Of a stretch of 64,000 nucleotides of DNA, positions 51,944 to 64,000 are shown in pieces (the first letter of the stretch is position 1; every line of letters begins with the position of its first letter). This DNA is from Lama guanicoe. Its lineage: Eukaryota. The notes beneath the pieces were generated by a model. It worked only from the letters and a program-made list of their open reading frames with translations, ran no database searches and was not told the DNA's origin. The stretch spans positions 14,161,787 to 14,225,786 of the forward strand of contig MU056000.1 of NCBI GenBank assembly GCA_013239625.1, read 5' to 3'. The position numbers were made by a program, and so were the translations under genes.

Positions 51944-54900
51944 CTGACAAAGAAATGAAGATCTGTCACAACAGTGAAATTTAATTATAAGGTGGTTCAA
52001 CTGCTTGAAACTAGGAGCTCTCAAACAGAAAGTAAATCTACAGAAATTTCACCATCTGAATTGAGACACAAGTATCTATTTTTCCACTTTCACTTATCTG
52101 ACAGGGAAATAATATCGGTGAACACGTACTTACTTACGTTACTAAGGAAAGCAATTACTTGGGTTATATTTCTAAAGACTCATCTACTAGGAAAGACTTT
52201 GACATAAGCCACTATGCTTAAAATATCTATCGTTGGATTTCAAGTCAGAAAGGTACGCACACTACTCAGAGATTACTGTGAAGGAACATAAAACCTCAGC
52301 TGTATTCTAAGCTCCTGGAATATCTATGATTAAAAACATTCACGAATGTCCTATAACTTACTTAGAGAGTGTAGTTAAATAAATAACAAAAATACAAGAA
52401 ATCTATGCACAGAATACTGAGTATAAGATCAAAGGATAAATGAGTTTAATACCCACGTACGGAAAGACCCATTAATTAATAAAATGGTGTGCGGTTTAAA
52501 GTCTTGCTATCAGTTTACATGATTCTGGCTCAACACAGTGGAGAGAGTGACAATAAATAATGCTTGGAATTTCTCTGGTTTGTTAATTATGCTTGTAAAT
52601 TTTTATTATAGTTCATTGGTAGACCTTCCCAGTAGGCAGAAAATTTCCATTTAAAAGAAGTCAAATGATTGGAGCTTTAAAACAATTACAGACAACACCA
52701 TAACTAATGAATGCCACACATATTCTTCTCTGCCAGAAAAATGAAACCACTTTGCTGTTCATCCTCAGCCTTGACATAGTGATATCGCTCCTTTCCTGAA
52801 GTAGATTTAATGGTGTAGATTACTTTGCAGACTAGAGAGCAGCACAGATAATCAGTATATTGCTTTATGTCATCCTGACATAGCTTTTCGTCTTGCCACC
52901 AAAACAGGGGCACTAGAGTCTAGTCAGAATATTGGAATGTATGACCACTATGATTTTTGTCTCTGTGTTATATGAGTATTTGGGAGAGGTGGGTAGAGAG
53001 GTGAATGCAAAACATAATATAGTTATTGGAGTTCTAATTGTTCTCAGGAAAATCTTTTACACAAAAAAAGTTGAAGAGGACTTTAAAATAAAACTATTAA
53101 AATTATAGCTATCACTTTAAAGTGTCTATTTTTAGAAGACATAATCAGTTAATTGATAGAATTTGATGCTACCACATCTTTGCATTCATTTCAAGCTCTA
53201 TTACATTATCTGCATTTAGTAAATACTCTAAAAATACCACCTAATCTGGCATTTCGATCAACTATAATTCTGAATTAATATATATGAACAATACATATTG
53301 TTTTCCAACTGCATGCTGGTATTTGCTAATATAATAAACTTAATTTTAGAAAAATTAAAGGTGAAAACTTTAGAAACAAACTGATTTTTCTGTCTATTTT
53401 TATAGATATGAGATTCAACAATGTGAAGAGAAGCAACAATTAAGATTTAAGTCCTATAAATGTGTACTTAACAAGAAACTCGAGAGTAAATCTAGACATA
53501 TCAATCCATGTTTGGAAGATGGTGAAATATTTTCTGGGTAAATAAAAAATTTCCCAAACTGGGCTGCCATATTTGGGAAACAGCGGAGCACAACTGTAGA
53601 AAAAACCCTGCAGAGATTTATCTTAAACACGTCCCTAATTCATAACTATGTTGGAATAAAAATCACCATACATTTAAAGAAAACATACAGAAGAAGGAAA
53701 AGACCAAGATGATCAATCTGAACAGAATTCTAGAGAGCAAACAGAATATAGACAAGCTAAACACCTGTTTTTCAAATTTTCTTTTTTTTTTTTTTCAAAT
53801 ACATACACGTTTGAAAACTACATCGACCAAAACAAGAAGTGTCTCTTAGGAAAAGTAATAATTTCAGAAAAAAGAGTTCTTGGGAATTATAGATATTCTT
53901 GTAAAATGCAGACAAGTGAAGTTTAGAGGGATAGTGAGCGAATGGGCTCATTATGTCCTGACAGTGGCCGAATGGTAAGAAATGGAGCTATCAAAACCGA
54001 CTGTAGCATTGTAGAAATAAGCATCAACAACAACAACAACAACAAAAAATGCAGAAAGAATGCCTATCTTAATACGTTAACAATGTTAACAATTTCATCA
54101 TCTGGTGAAGGTGGTGGGATAATTTAAATTTTATCCACCTATGTACTGAAATCCATTGTAACCTGCGCCTGTATTGATTTTATACTATTTTTAAAAATAT
54201 CCTAAGAGGATAGTTAAAGAGATATCTTGCTCTTAACTTTAGATATGACGGAGTGGCTGGGCAAAACTGTAGACGAGAGAGGCAGAGGCACTTTTATATT
54301 TTATCACCTATAATGAGTATCACAAGTTGCAAATACAGATAGAAGAATCAAAGTTGAAAAAAATCAGAGTAGAATGAGAGAAAATTTAAGAATGAACAGG
54401 AAAAATAACAAGCCACAAGTGGCTACCAGTTCCTACTGAGGCGCTATGTGGCATAAAAATGTCCCCACAGGTTCATGGATCTATTCATCTAGTAAATGAA
54501 CTTGCTGACCAGGATGACACCCTCTCCCTTCACAAAAAATATATGCCAATTGTAAATATATATTTTATGAAATAGTTCATCACAAAAACATATAAAAATT
54601 TCAGATATCCAAGCATGGATATACTGCTTTATTTTTCTCAAAATATCTAATTCTGAACATAATAAGAGCAATTTTTATAATTAAAAAAATGCCTACCTCA
54701 AGCAGCATGCTATTCCATCATAAATAGCTGAAAACTGGTTATATAATGTCTTTATGTACAAGATTGTGGCATACTTGTAAGGAGAAATAAACTTTTATAT
54801 TAAATTTTCTTTAAATCAAGGAAAAACAATCAAAAGATAGTGTTGCAAATACAGGTTTTCTTCCTTCAGTTGAAAGCCAATCATTTGCACAATTTTAGAT

Positions 54901-55924
54901 ACCACATTGAAATAAACTTAGATAATCCCTTCCATACTCTTATTAATAAAATATATTTCATAATGAAATAAACAAATGCTCCATTTTAATCTTTTTAATC
55001 TGTCCACTCTCTAAATAGAAATCTAATTATAGAAGGAAATTCTAAAGGTAACACTTTAATGATATTTCTTATACTGGAAAAGCAGGACATAATGGTTTTT
55101 AATCATCAGCAGTTGTTTAATCATCAACTTGTTGTTTAACATAGTGGCGGGTTTCTCAATAAATTTCTGCACAGGATCTCTAGTAAAAGTGGCCTGTAAT
55201 ATTTAGCAATAGTGAATATTCAGCACTGGTTGGATTTCAATATACAAATACTAAGAAGTCATTTAGTATTATATTATTCTTCCTTTAAACTCTTTATTAA
55301 ATAGTTAACAATGTGTCTAACAATTCTTTTGTAATAGGAATAAGGACTATTACAGCCTCAGTTAGCATATGGTATACCTTATACTTCCTTATATTGAAAT
55401 ATTTGTGATTATAAGGTAGAAATCTATATCTATATATATGATTTCTCTTTTTCTCCTGTATTCAATGTATGAAACAATTGTCAATGGTAGTAGCCTCAGA
55501 GTAGCAGAAAGACCAGATGAAGTTATTGGCGAGTTAACCAAACAGGGGTAAATTATTTTGTTACAAGAGGAGATCATGGCTGTCAGGACACAGAGCTGAA
55601 TGGTTCGCAATGTTCTTTAAGGGCACCATTGCAGATGACCTGACAAAGTGATGCCGCATCATACTGTTTTGGAAATTATAACATTCTTCATAAAATATAA
55701 CAGAGTATAATGCAAAACAAAACATTATACATGAATGCATGTCTTATTAACAAGTAACTATCCTCGCTCCCTCCAAATTTACACCAACCAGCTCAAGTTA
55801 ATTCCATTTAAAGTTGAGAGGAGGAGTGTCTTTTACCTGGGGGTTCCCTGGGGCCATCCTAACAGGCTCTCAGTGTGTTACAGGGGCTATTTTACACATA
55901 TTTTTCTTTTACATTTTGTCTTTT

Positions 55925-56045
55925 ATGAATTTATTCAGGCAGAACTGCTTGGTGCCTACCAAGTTCTTGGCATGCCCTAGGCGTTAAGGACACAAGGGTA
56001 GGATTTGATCCTAATCCCTGGCCTCAGATAGCTTACAGTCTCTGA
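55925..56045 (-). mobile_element. Antisense LINE-2 3' tail
   Basis: atttattcaggcagaactgcttggtgcctacc...ccctggcctcagatagcttacagtct. Confidence 0.65.
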
Positions 56046-56723
56046 AATTTTCTGAAGGAAGTTTGTAGGGCCCTGGTATTTCATTTCTAATGCAGTCGAG
56101 ACCAGTGCTGACACGGTATTAGGGCATTTTTCCATATACATGCTATATTTTGAAGGGAAGCACATTTGTTATTAAACATCATAGAGTTCCATAATCCTAA
56201 AAAATATGATAAATATTGATGTAGAGTAGAGAATAATTTGCAGCTTTATCCTTAAGACTATTCATGGTGTTAATCCTTCTCAGAGATTTTCACACTTCAA
56301 CTCTTCTTGTTTTGAATTGTCATACATAATTCATGGAAGAATCTCAAGAGCAAGGAACTGTGAACTAATACCTTAGTAAAATCTCAAGAAGTGAAGGTGG
56401 ATATCAATCTATCTGACCTATTCATGAAATAACATTTGTATCTCCTCATATACACATCTATGGTCAGTTACACTCCTCCTTTTTATCAGGTTCTACTTCT
56501 GCCCTAATAAGCATCTGGAATATTCTGGTGAGACATAAAATCTGTTCCTCAGTTTGCCAAAGTGTTGAAAAGTCCTTTTGCTATAGAAATTGAGTCTCTC
56601 TCACCCCTTTCCTTGACCATTTTAAGGAGATATCAGCAGTGGGAAATCTACATTTAATTTGATGAAGGTGGACAAGAGAATTATAGAGTATTTTTGTGCT
56701 TTCCTAGTGATTCAGACCTCTGG

Positions 56724-56832
56724 AAATATATATATGTGAAACACACATATTATGAAACACACACACGAAACATATGAAACGTGAAATATACGAAGCATGA
56801 AATGTGTATGTGAAACATGTACATCTGAAAAT
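56724..56832. repeat. Degenerate GAAA-anchored low-complexity repeat
   Basis: Repeated (t/c)gaaa units separated by CA/TA/TG dinucleotide runs. Confidence 0.7.
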
Positions 56833-58489
56833 ATTTTAATATATGGGGAATAATTAATCTATTATTCATATGTATTACCTATATATGTGTTATGTACATA
56901 AAACTGTTTATTTATAAATTTCCACATAATCTTTACACACTCTTCTATAAGTTTTAAATTAAGATGTGCATTGAAGTGGCTATGAGTTAACTGTTTCTAT
57001 TTCAATATAGGGAGTTGTTTTAATTATCCTTTCGTACTTGGATATTAAAGAATGGCTAAATACAAAATAAATTCTCAACAAAACTCCAATAATCTAGTAT
57101 TTGACTTTTACGTAATATCATGTTTGTAATTTATTTAAGAGGTGACATTGGCCTTATTCTTTGTGCATCTGAGAAAGACTGTATGTATTTTTTTTCCTTT
57201 CTTCCATCATCTAATTGTGAAGTGATGTAAATAGAGGACTACTTGTTTTCAGAGTTAAATAATTTGAGAAAATATAATCTTTATTTTTATTAAGGAGATG
57301 TTTTCTATTAAAATGTGATCTGCGGATAACAGAACATGGGAAAGTCTTTATCAGTGGTTATGATGATTAAACACCTCACTGATGTTTAAGACAAACTATC
57401 GCAGACACATCAGTCTTTTTGAAATAAGTCCTGTTCTCTTTTTTCTGGGCTCACAACTAAACTACTTTTGTCAGCTTCCTTCACATTTAGGAATGGCCAT
57501 ACGATGATTGTCCAGCCCACTGAATTTTCCACTTGTGATCTTTAATTGTATCTCTTTTCAGGTGACACCCAAGTGAATGAAGTCATATGTTGCCTGTGGC
57601 AGAGCTTCAGGTCCCCTTAGTCCCTAAACGACCAGACTAGAACGCCCTCCACCAGTGACCTGGAGCCATGCTCCACAGAGACCCTGGGTAGTTGTACCTA
57701 AGACTTCTCACCTGCCATTGGTCATCTTCAAAGCTGGACTGCAAGCTATCTGAGGTGAGGGGTGAGGTCTTTAGTCTTTTCCATATACCCTTTGTGTTTA
57801 GCACACACCAGAAACTTGATAGTCACCATAGAATACTTGCTGAAGAATACTTTAAAGATGCCAATCTGTGAAAGAAGAAAAGTACATATAAAGTAGTCTC
57901 CTTCGCATACAAAGAGGCTGTTACCAGAGATGCTCGGGTAACATGATCACCCTTTCACTGGAGGATGGAGATTAGCCTCCAAAGGATATTAAATGGGGAT
58001 TATCTGAGCCAGTGTGAGGAGGCTTGGCAGTAACAAATGAGACATAAACTCATGTGTGATGCTTCCTATGATACCATACTCTGTTGTTATACTTTATGGA
58101 GAATATTTAAACTTCCAAAACAGTAGGATGTGGCATCACTTTACTGAATCATCTGCAATGGTGACGTTGAAGAATATTGCTGACAATTCTGCCATGACCT
58201 TCTTCTGCACCAGTAAATAGTTTCCCCTTATTTGATTAACTCAGCAATATCTTAATTTATTGTTTTGTTGTTCTGCACGTACTACTGCTGTTTCTACAAT
58301 ATAGTTGTCATTCAGAAGATAAAGAGAAATACATGGGTGAAATGAAGTGAAAAAGAGAAGGCAAAACAGGAGGAAGGGAGAGAAGAGTAAAAGAAGGAGG
58401 AAAGAAAATATAAAAATGGAGAAGGGAAGAGAGGGGCCAGAAAGGAGGAAATCTCCTGAGACTGATATTCACGTATCTCTTCCACAGTT

Positions 58490-58516
58490 TGTGTGAGTGT
58501 GTGTGTGTGTGTGTGT
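58490..58516 (+). repeat. (TG)n microsatellite
   Basis: tgtgtgagtgtgtgtgtgtgtgtgtgt. Confidence 0.95.
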
Positions 58517-58779
58517 AAAATTGTGTAAGAGTGTGTGTAACATATGTAATTTAAAGAATATTCTCTTTATTTAAAATTTTCCTTAAGATTGTGTTAAACA
58601 GAAACTCTTAAGGGTTAATGTGTATTTAGTAATAGGAAATTTTAAAAATGCTAATAAAAGATATCAATATGAAAATAGCTATTTTCTTATACATATATTA
58701 TAAATATAGTTGTAATTATACTCTATTTAAAAATTGAAATATTTATTTTCCTACTTCCCTTTCCATTTGTAACTCTAAG

Positions 58780-59800
58780 AAAACTCATTTCTGAATTGTG
58801 AGTATAGCATTTTATCTAACATTTATTTAAACAGTGTTAAATTTCATTAAACATTTAGACTGTTTTCATCATTTAGTTATTATAATTACAAGTGCCTTAA
58901 ACATATATTTTTCACATTTAGGGCTGTTTCTTAGAGATGGAGTTTCAGAAGTGGAGAGGATGAACAGAGGGATATATACACTGTAAAACTTTAATTATCA
59001 TTTGTGAAATTGCCTTCTAAATGGTTAAAGCCAACAAACAGTGACAATACAGGAGGGCGGCCACTTCAATACAATGTCACTAGTGCTGGACTTTGCTTCA
59101 GATTTAAACTTGGAGAAATGATACCACATTGTGGCAAAATTTTAATACCATTAATTACATCCAGGGCTCGGATTCATAGTGATTATATTCTTCGTGATTA
59201 CTTTCTTTGTCTTGAATGTTTCCTATTGTCTTTTTAAAGTCTTTTAATATTTCTATACGCTGTTTATATAATAATGTTATTTTGTAATAAGGCTTACAGG
59301 TCATGAGATTTTCCCATTTTTCAAATTATAGCATAGTAAAATTATTGGCCCTTCATGAAGATTGCAGTAAATACTTTATTAGTCTCATTTAGTTTTTTTT
59401 TTAATTCCTTTGAGTTTCAAGGAATTCAGGTTTATAGATTTTCTAATGTAACCATTTTTCCTCTGCAATACTTTCTCCTAAAAATATCAGGTTTATTTTA
59501 ACCTTCCCTCCCATAGGCATTATAAATATTCCATTATAATTCCTTCTAGTTTCCCTTGACCTATCATTTATCATTGATTCACAGTGCATTATTATTTTGT
59601 TCGAAGAGGTAAGCTTTTAATTGATTTCTCCAATACTGTTGTAATTTATTATAGGATCTCCTCTTTAACCTTGAGTGTGAAGTCCCCTTAATTGTATGAT
59701 AAATGCTTATATGTAAAATTATTTATTTATGGAGTATTCTGTTACCTTGGTTTGTCTCTTTTGTCTTACACATCAGCATCAGATTCTAGTTTATAAAGAT
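58780..59800 (-). mobile_element. Very old antisense LINE-1 3' region (L1ME-like)
   Basis: aaacatttagactgttttc, tttcagaagtggagagga...aaattgccttctaaatggtt. Confidence 0.55.
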
Positions 59801-60789
59801 AGAAACACATTTTGAAGTCACATTCATTATTTACAAACTAATGAGTTAATTTGAAAATATATGAACACAGTGATAAATCCCTATTTAATGGATAACTAAT
59901 TATCTATAATTAGTAAATGGTAAATCTATAAAGTGGTAAATCGGTAAGTTAGACAAAGCAAAAAAAATTTCAGAAAATTTCTGAATTTTTAAGATCATAT
60001 GACATATTTAAGATCTGATATCAATGCTATGTCGGGTGGTGTTATGATATATTTTCCAGGAAAATATTAAGGAGATTCCATGTAACGTTTGGGTCTCAGA
60101 GACCTCTGTTTAAAGTATTCATTATACATGATCCATTTAAAATGATATGCCTTCTTGTCTCACTTACGAAGGCAAGAAAGATATCATTGAGTTTATTATC
60201 CTCTCTTTTTTGTGACTTGCTATGTAACAACAAAGGAACACACTGTATTTCCTTTGATGCTAGATTTTTACTTTTGATTTATTTTTGATCTTAAGTTTAA
60301 AATTAACCCAGTTATTTTTCTTAGGAGATATGAAAGGGAAAAAAAATAAAACAAACAAACAGCAACAAGTCTTAGTAAGCACTGCTTACACGGACAGGTC
60401 AGTTTTTATATGCCTGTTCATGCACTTATATGACACAATTCCTCACATAAAGTCATGAGTTTACACTATTCCCATTTATGAAGTCTTTAAAAAAAACTAG
60501 CTTGTTTCTTGAGATTCTAAAATAATTTTCATATATTATTTTATGTATTTTTTGAAAAAAAATAAAACACAACAAGAATGATTCAGTGGTTTTCATTCCG
60601 AGCTAACTTTACATTTAAAGGTAGAAAACGATGCTGTTGGACAGTGGTAATGGGGTGAAAGATAAAGACAGAAAGTAATCCTCAGATTTTTCAAATGATT
60701 ATGAAGTCTATCTTTTGACTAAATTTTTTTAAAGCTAGAACATTATAGAATATCATAAATAGGACATATCAAGAATACTTTGGATATAA

Positions 60790-61022
60790 CGGGGGTGGGA
60801 AGGGACTGGGATTTCAAAATGTAGAATAGATAAACAAGATTGTACTGTGTAGCACAGGAAGATATATACAGGATCTCGTGGTGGCTCACAGCGAAAGAGA
60901 AAGTGACAATGAATGTATGTATGTTCATATATAACCAAAAAATTGTGCTCTATACTAGAATTTGATACAACATTGTAAAATGACTATAACTCAGTAAAAA
61001 ATGTTTATATAGGAAAAAAAAG
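60790..61022 (+). mobile_element. Lineage-specific L1 3'UTR (more diverged subfamily B)
   Basis: gggggtgggaagggactgggatttcaaaatgtagaatagataaacaagatt...cattgtaaaatgactataactca. Confidence 0.9.
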
Positions 61023-61769
61023 AAAATTTGTTCAGCCAGCGGAATGGTTAATGATAGTACACTGAATTGGTTAGTTACGTAGACAAATTGAAATGAACTT
61101 AATAGATTTATGAAGTATAATACAGGACTATACATTTAGAACCCCCAAAAATATTCATGTGTTTTGGGTAATTCCGTTATAGAAAATGAAGCTAGGGAAA
61201 TAACTTGAAATGCAAAAAAAGAATAAACAATAATGATCATAGCAATGTTAGCAGTAGCAAAAAACTAAAGAGCCGAACGTAATAGCTTTGGACATATCTA
61301 TTCAGTAGATAAAGGCATCGAATTCCATTATTTTGAAACATTTAAGGCTACTGGAACATCAAATGATGTATTATTTGGTGCAAAAGTGTTCAAAACACAT
61401 GTGTGTGCAATATGTAACGTAAGAATGATTCTACTTATTTGTGCTTTGAAGAATATTCACAGTGTTTACAGAGATCCTCTCTAAGTGGTGGGGTTACTGA
61501 TCTTTTGCTTTCTACGCATTTTCTACACCTGCATTTAAAAAAAAAATAAATCCATACGACTTTATGTAGAGTTAAGTAAAAATGAACAATGCAAGCATAA
61601 CTTAATGCTATAAGTTATTCTGTGAAATTTGAAGCTCAATCCTCTGAAAATTCACAGGAAATAATACTTTAATATATGTGAACAAGTACAACAATGTATA
61701 TGTGGGAATAGAAAGTGAACCAGCACAAGAGATTTTCTCCACAATCCTGACAAGCAAGACAAACTAGTA

Positions 61770-62320
61770 AGAAATTAGAAAGATCTTAAATAAACAACCT
61801 AACTTTATACCTCAAGGAACAATAAAATGAACAAATTAAACCTAATGTTAGCAGAAGGAAGGAAATAATTAAGATCAAAGCAAAAATAAATGGAATTGAG
61901 ACCAGAAAGAAATAGAAAGGATCAACAAACCTAAAAGCTGTTTTCTCAAAAAGATAAAATTGACAACTTTTAATTAAACTAAGGGGAAAAGAAAAAAAGA
62001 AGCCTCAAATAAATAAAATTAGAAATCAGTCAACAGACATTTCAAATGATTCTACAGAAAGAAATAGAATCATAAGAGACTACTGTGAACAACCATATGC
62101 CAACAAACAGGATAGAGTAGAAGAAATGTCTACATTCCTAGAAACATAAAACCTTTTAAGACTGAATCTGGAAGAAAGAAAAAAATCTGAACTGACCAAC
62201 AAGCAGTAAATATATTCGATTAGCAATAAAAACCTCCCAATACAAAACAAAAACAAACAAAACAAAACAAAACAAACACCAGGATCAGGCAGCTTCACTG
62301 GCTAATTTCTACAAACATCT
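61770..62320 (+). mobile_element. Old LINE-1 ORF2 internal fragment
   Basis: agcagaaggaaggaaataattaagatcaaagcaaaaataaat, gactactgtgaacaaccatatgccaacaaa and ccaggatcaggcagcttcactgg. Confidence 0.85.
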
Positions 62321-64000
62321 GAGAATCTTGAGATTTGAATCCTGCTGTATGCACAATTTGTTTAGATGGCCTGTTGCATTTAAACAAATTGTGGTTGATT
62401 TTAGCATATTTTAAAAATCTAACAGCAACTGACCTAATACAGGTGAATATGATCAAAATCATTTTAATCAGTAGATTAAATAAATAGCATCATATATTAG
62501 CAAAGTACCTACTGAAGTTGAATGGGTGAGCTTGAATCATGGGGCTGTCTTTTTAGATTTTTTTTCACTGTGCTCGTTAGTGAAGGGTATTAAAAACCTG
62601 CATAGGAGATCATGAGTTGCACTGTTTTGTAGGCCCTATTTCCCCATGTGGTTAAGTTTAAGGAGAGAGGAAGGAAAAGAGAAGAGGGCTAGAAAGTGGG
62701 GAGGGTGTTACGTTGTTGCAGGGAAGAGGATGCTACTAGACAGAGAACAGAGTTTTCTAATGAATGTCCCACCACCTCAATAAACAGCTAAATCCAGCTC
62801 AGCGACGATTACACAATAGAAAAGTTGCCCACACGGTCCTATGGAAAGGCGGAGTTTGGTTTCCTTTTTGTACAACGACAACAACCTATAGTAAATACTG
62901 AACAGATGGTACGTGGCTATCATAAAAAAAGCAATGTATTCCCAGGAAGGAAAATGATTTTATTTTGTGACTTTGAACTGATGGCTATACATTCCAATTT
63001 GATTTACATATTAAAAGAAAGACAATGAAAACATCACTTTGGAAACTTGGTATGTGAGAGGAGGTGACAGATTATTAAAACATATTATATGCATTTTTCA
63101 GGGTAGCTGCTCTGCTCAGATTATTTAATTCACTTATGATGAGACATAAATAATATACCCAATAATGCTCCTGCTCAGAGAAAAACATATGTCATAATTT
63201 TATGAATATTAGTTGGGCTTCTAATCCTTAATCGCTGAAACTATAGAAGCTTGGGAAGATTAAGAGCTCATAAATCTGGATGAGAAAGGGAAACGTTTAT
63301 CACATTTTAATATTACATTAGCCATACACAAAATTTTACATTCTAATCAGGTATTATAGATTTATTACTTATTTCTATGTTATACCTGAACAGAAAATGA
63401 TATATTTAGCAAATCTATAGTCACAAGATCTTTAAAATGTAGCAAAATTACTACATTATTAAAAAAGAAAACTCTATTTTTTTTAATAAAGATACTCTAG
63501 TTGTTGAATATTTTACCCATTGACATGAGCACAAGGGCTAACTTTTTTGGATAAACTTCCCTTTCCATTAGCAAACTGCAAGTTATTATCCTTAAAAGTT
63601 GTATGCATATTTATTTATATATATTCAATAATCAACAAACAAATGTAGGCAATGCATTTAATTAATAGTTCTTGCAAGTTACTTTAATGTCATTTTAAAA
63701 CATTCTCATAGTTTGAGAGAATTCATTTTAAAATATAATATAATAAAAAATACCCAGGTAACAAAAGAAGTATTATATTGAGTACACATAAGATCCAAAT
63801 GTCAAAGTGGAATTGCTTGTACTGATTCCAAACCAATTAATACAAATGTATATCATCCACATAATATACTCAAGACCAGGCCAGTGGGACATAGAAGAGA
63901 AATTAACAATGTGATGTTTGCTATTTACCCTCAAGCAGTTTGTAGAACACTTAGGTTGCAAAGGGAAAAAAAATAGGTAAGACAAAACAATAATAATAAA

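Noticed and set aside
52704..52913. 69-aa - strand ORF with an acceptor-like site near 52831
   Set aside because: No convincing donor, no recognisable homology and no link to the other exons.
55095..55142. Short direct repeats (tttaatcatca x2-3; others at 9286, 47772, 51361) as a CRISPR-like or regulatory array
   Set aside because: Only 2-3 adjacent units without unique spacers; ordinary slippage duplications in a mammalian genome.
1..64000. A novel multi-gene or prokaryote-type system
   Set aside because: No operon-like ORF clusters, arrays or viral coding genes; content is explained by mammalian introns, repeats and a few candidate exons.

Overview
AT-rich eukaryotic (mammalian) DNA, most likely camelid. 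The inference rests on a Vic-1-like tRNA-derived SINE at 24132-24290 and several young lineage-specific LINE-1 3' ends. The window is mostly intronic/intergenic and rich in transposon fossils (old L1M, L2, MIR, MLT1/MER76 LTRs, MER2/MER8 Tigger MITEs). The only long true ORF is the C-terminal 311 codons of a 5'-truncated young L1 ORF2 (49229-50164). Reading splice signals by eye gives two unidentified spliced models that converge tail-to-tail. The first is a chain of six frame-compatible + strand exons at 171-9163 (about 119 aa, gene not recognised). The second is a set of small - strand exon candidates (51.9, 43.1/41.0, 35.3, 27.0, 20.5, 17.0 kb) ending in a putative terminal exon/3'UTR at about 13078-12500. 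Structural highlights: a 2.1-kb tandem duplication (40220-44436) with a templated junction that duplicates a candidate 24-nt microexon, a 205-bp tandem duplication, and a head-to-tail pair of L1 tails from two subfamilies. I found no CRISPR array, prokaryote-type system or clearly novel multi-gene system. Repeat subfamily names come from remembered consensus sequences and need RepeatMasker/Dfam confirmation.
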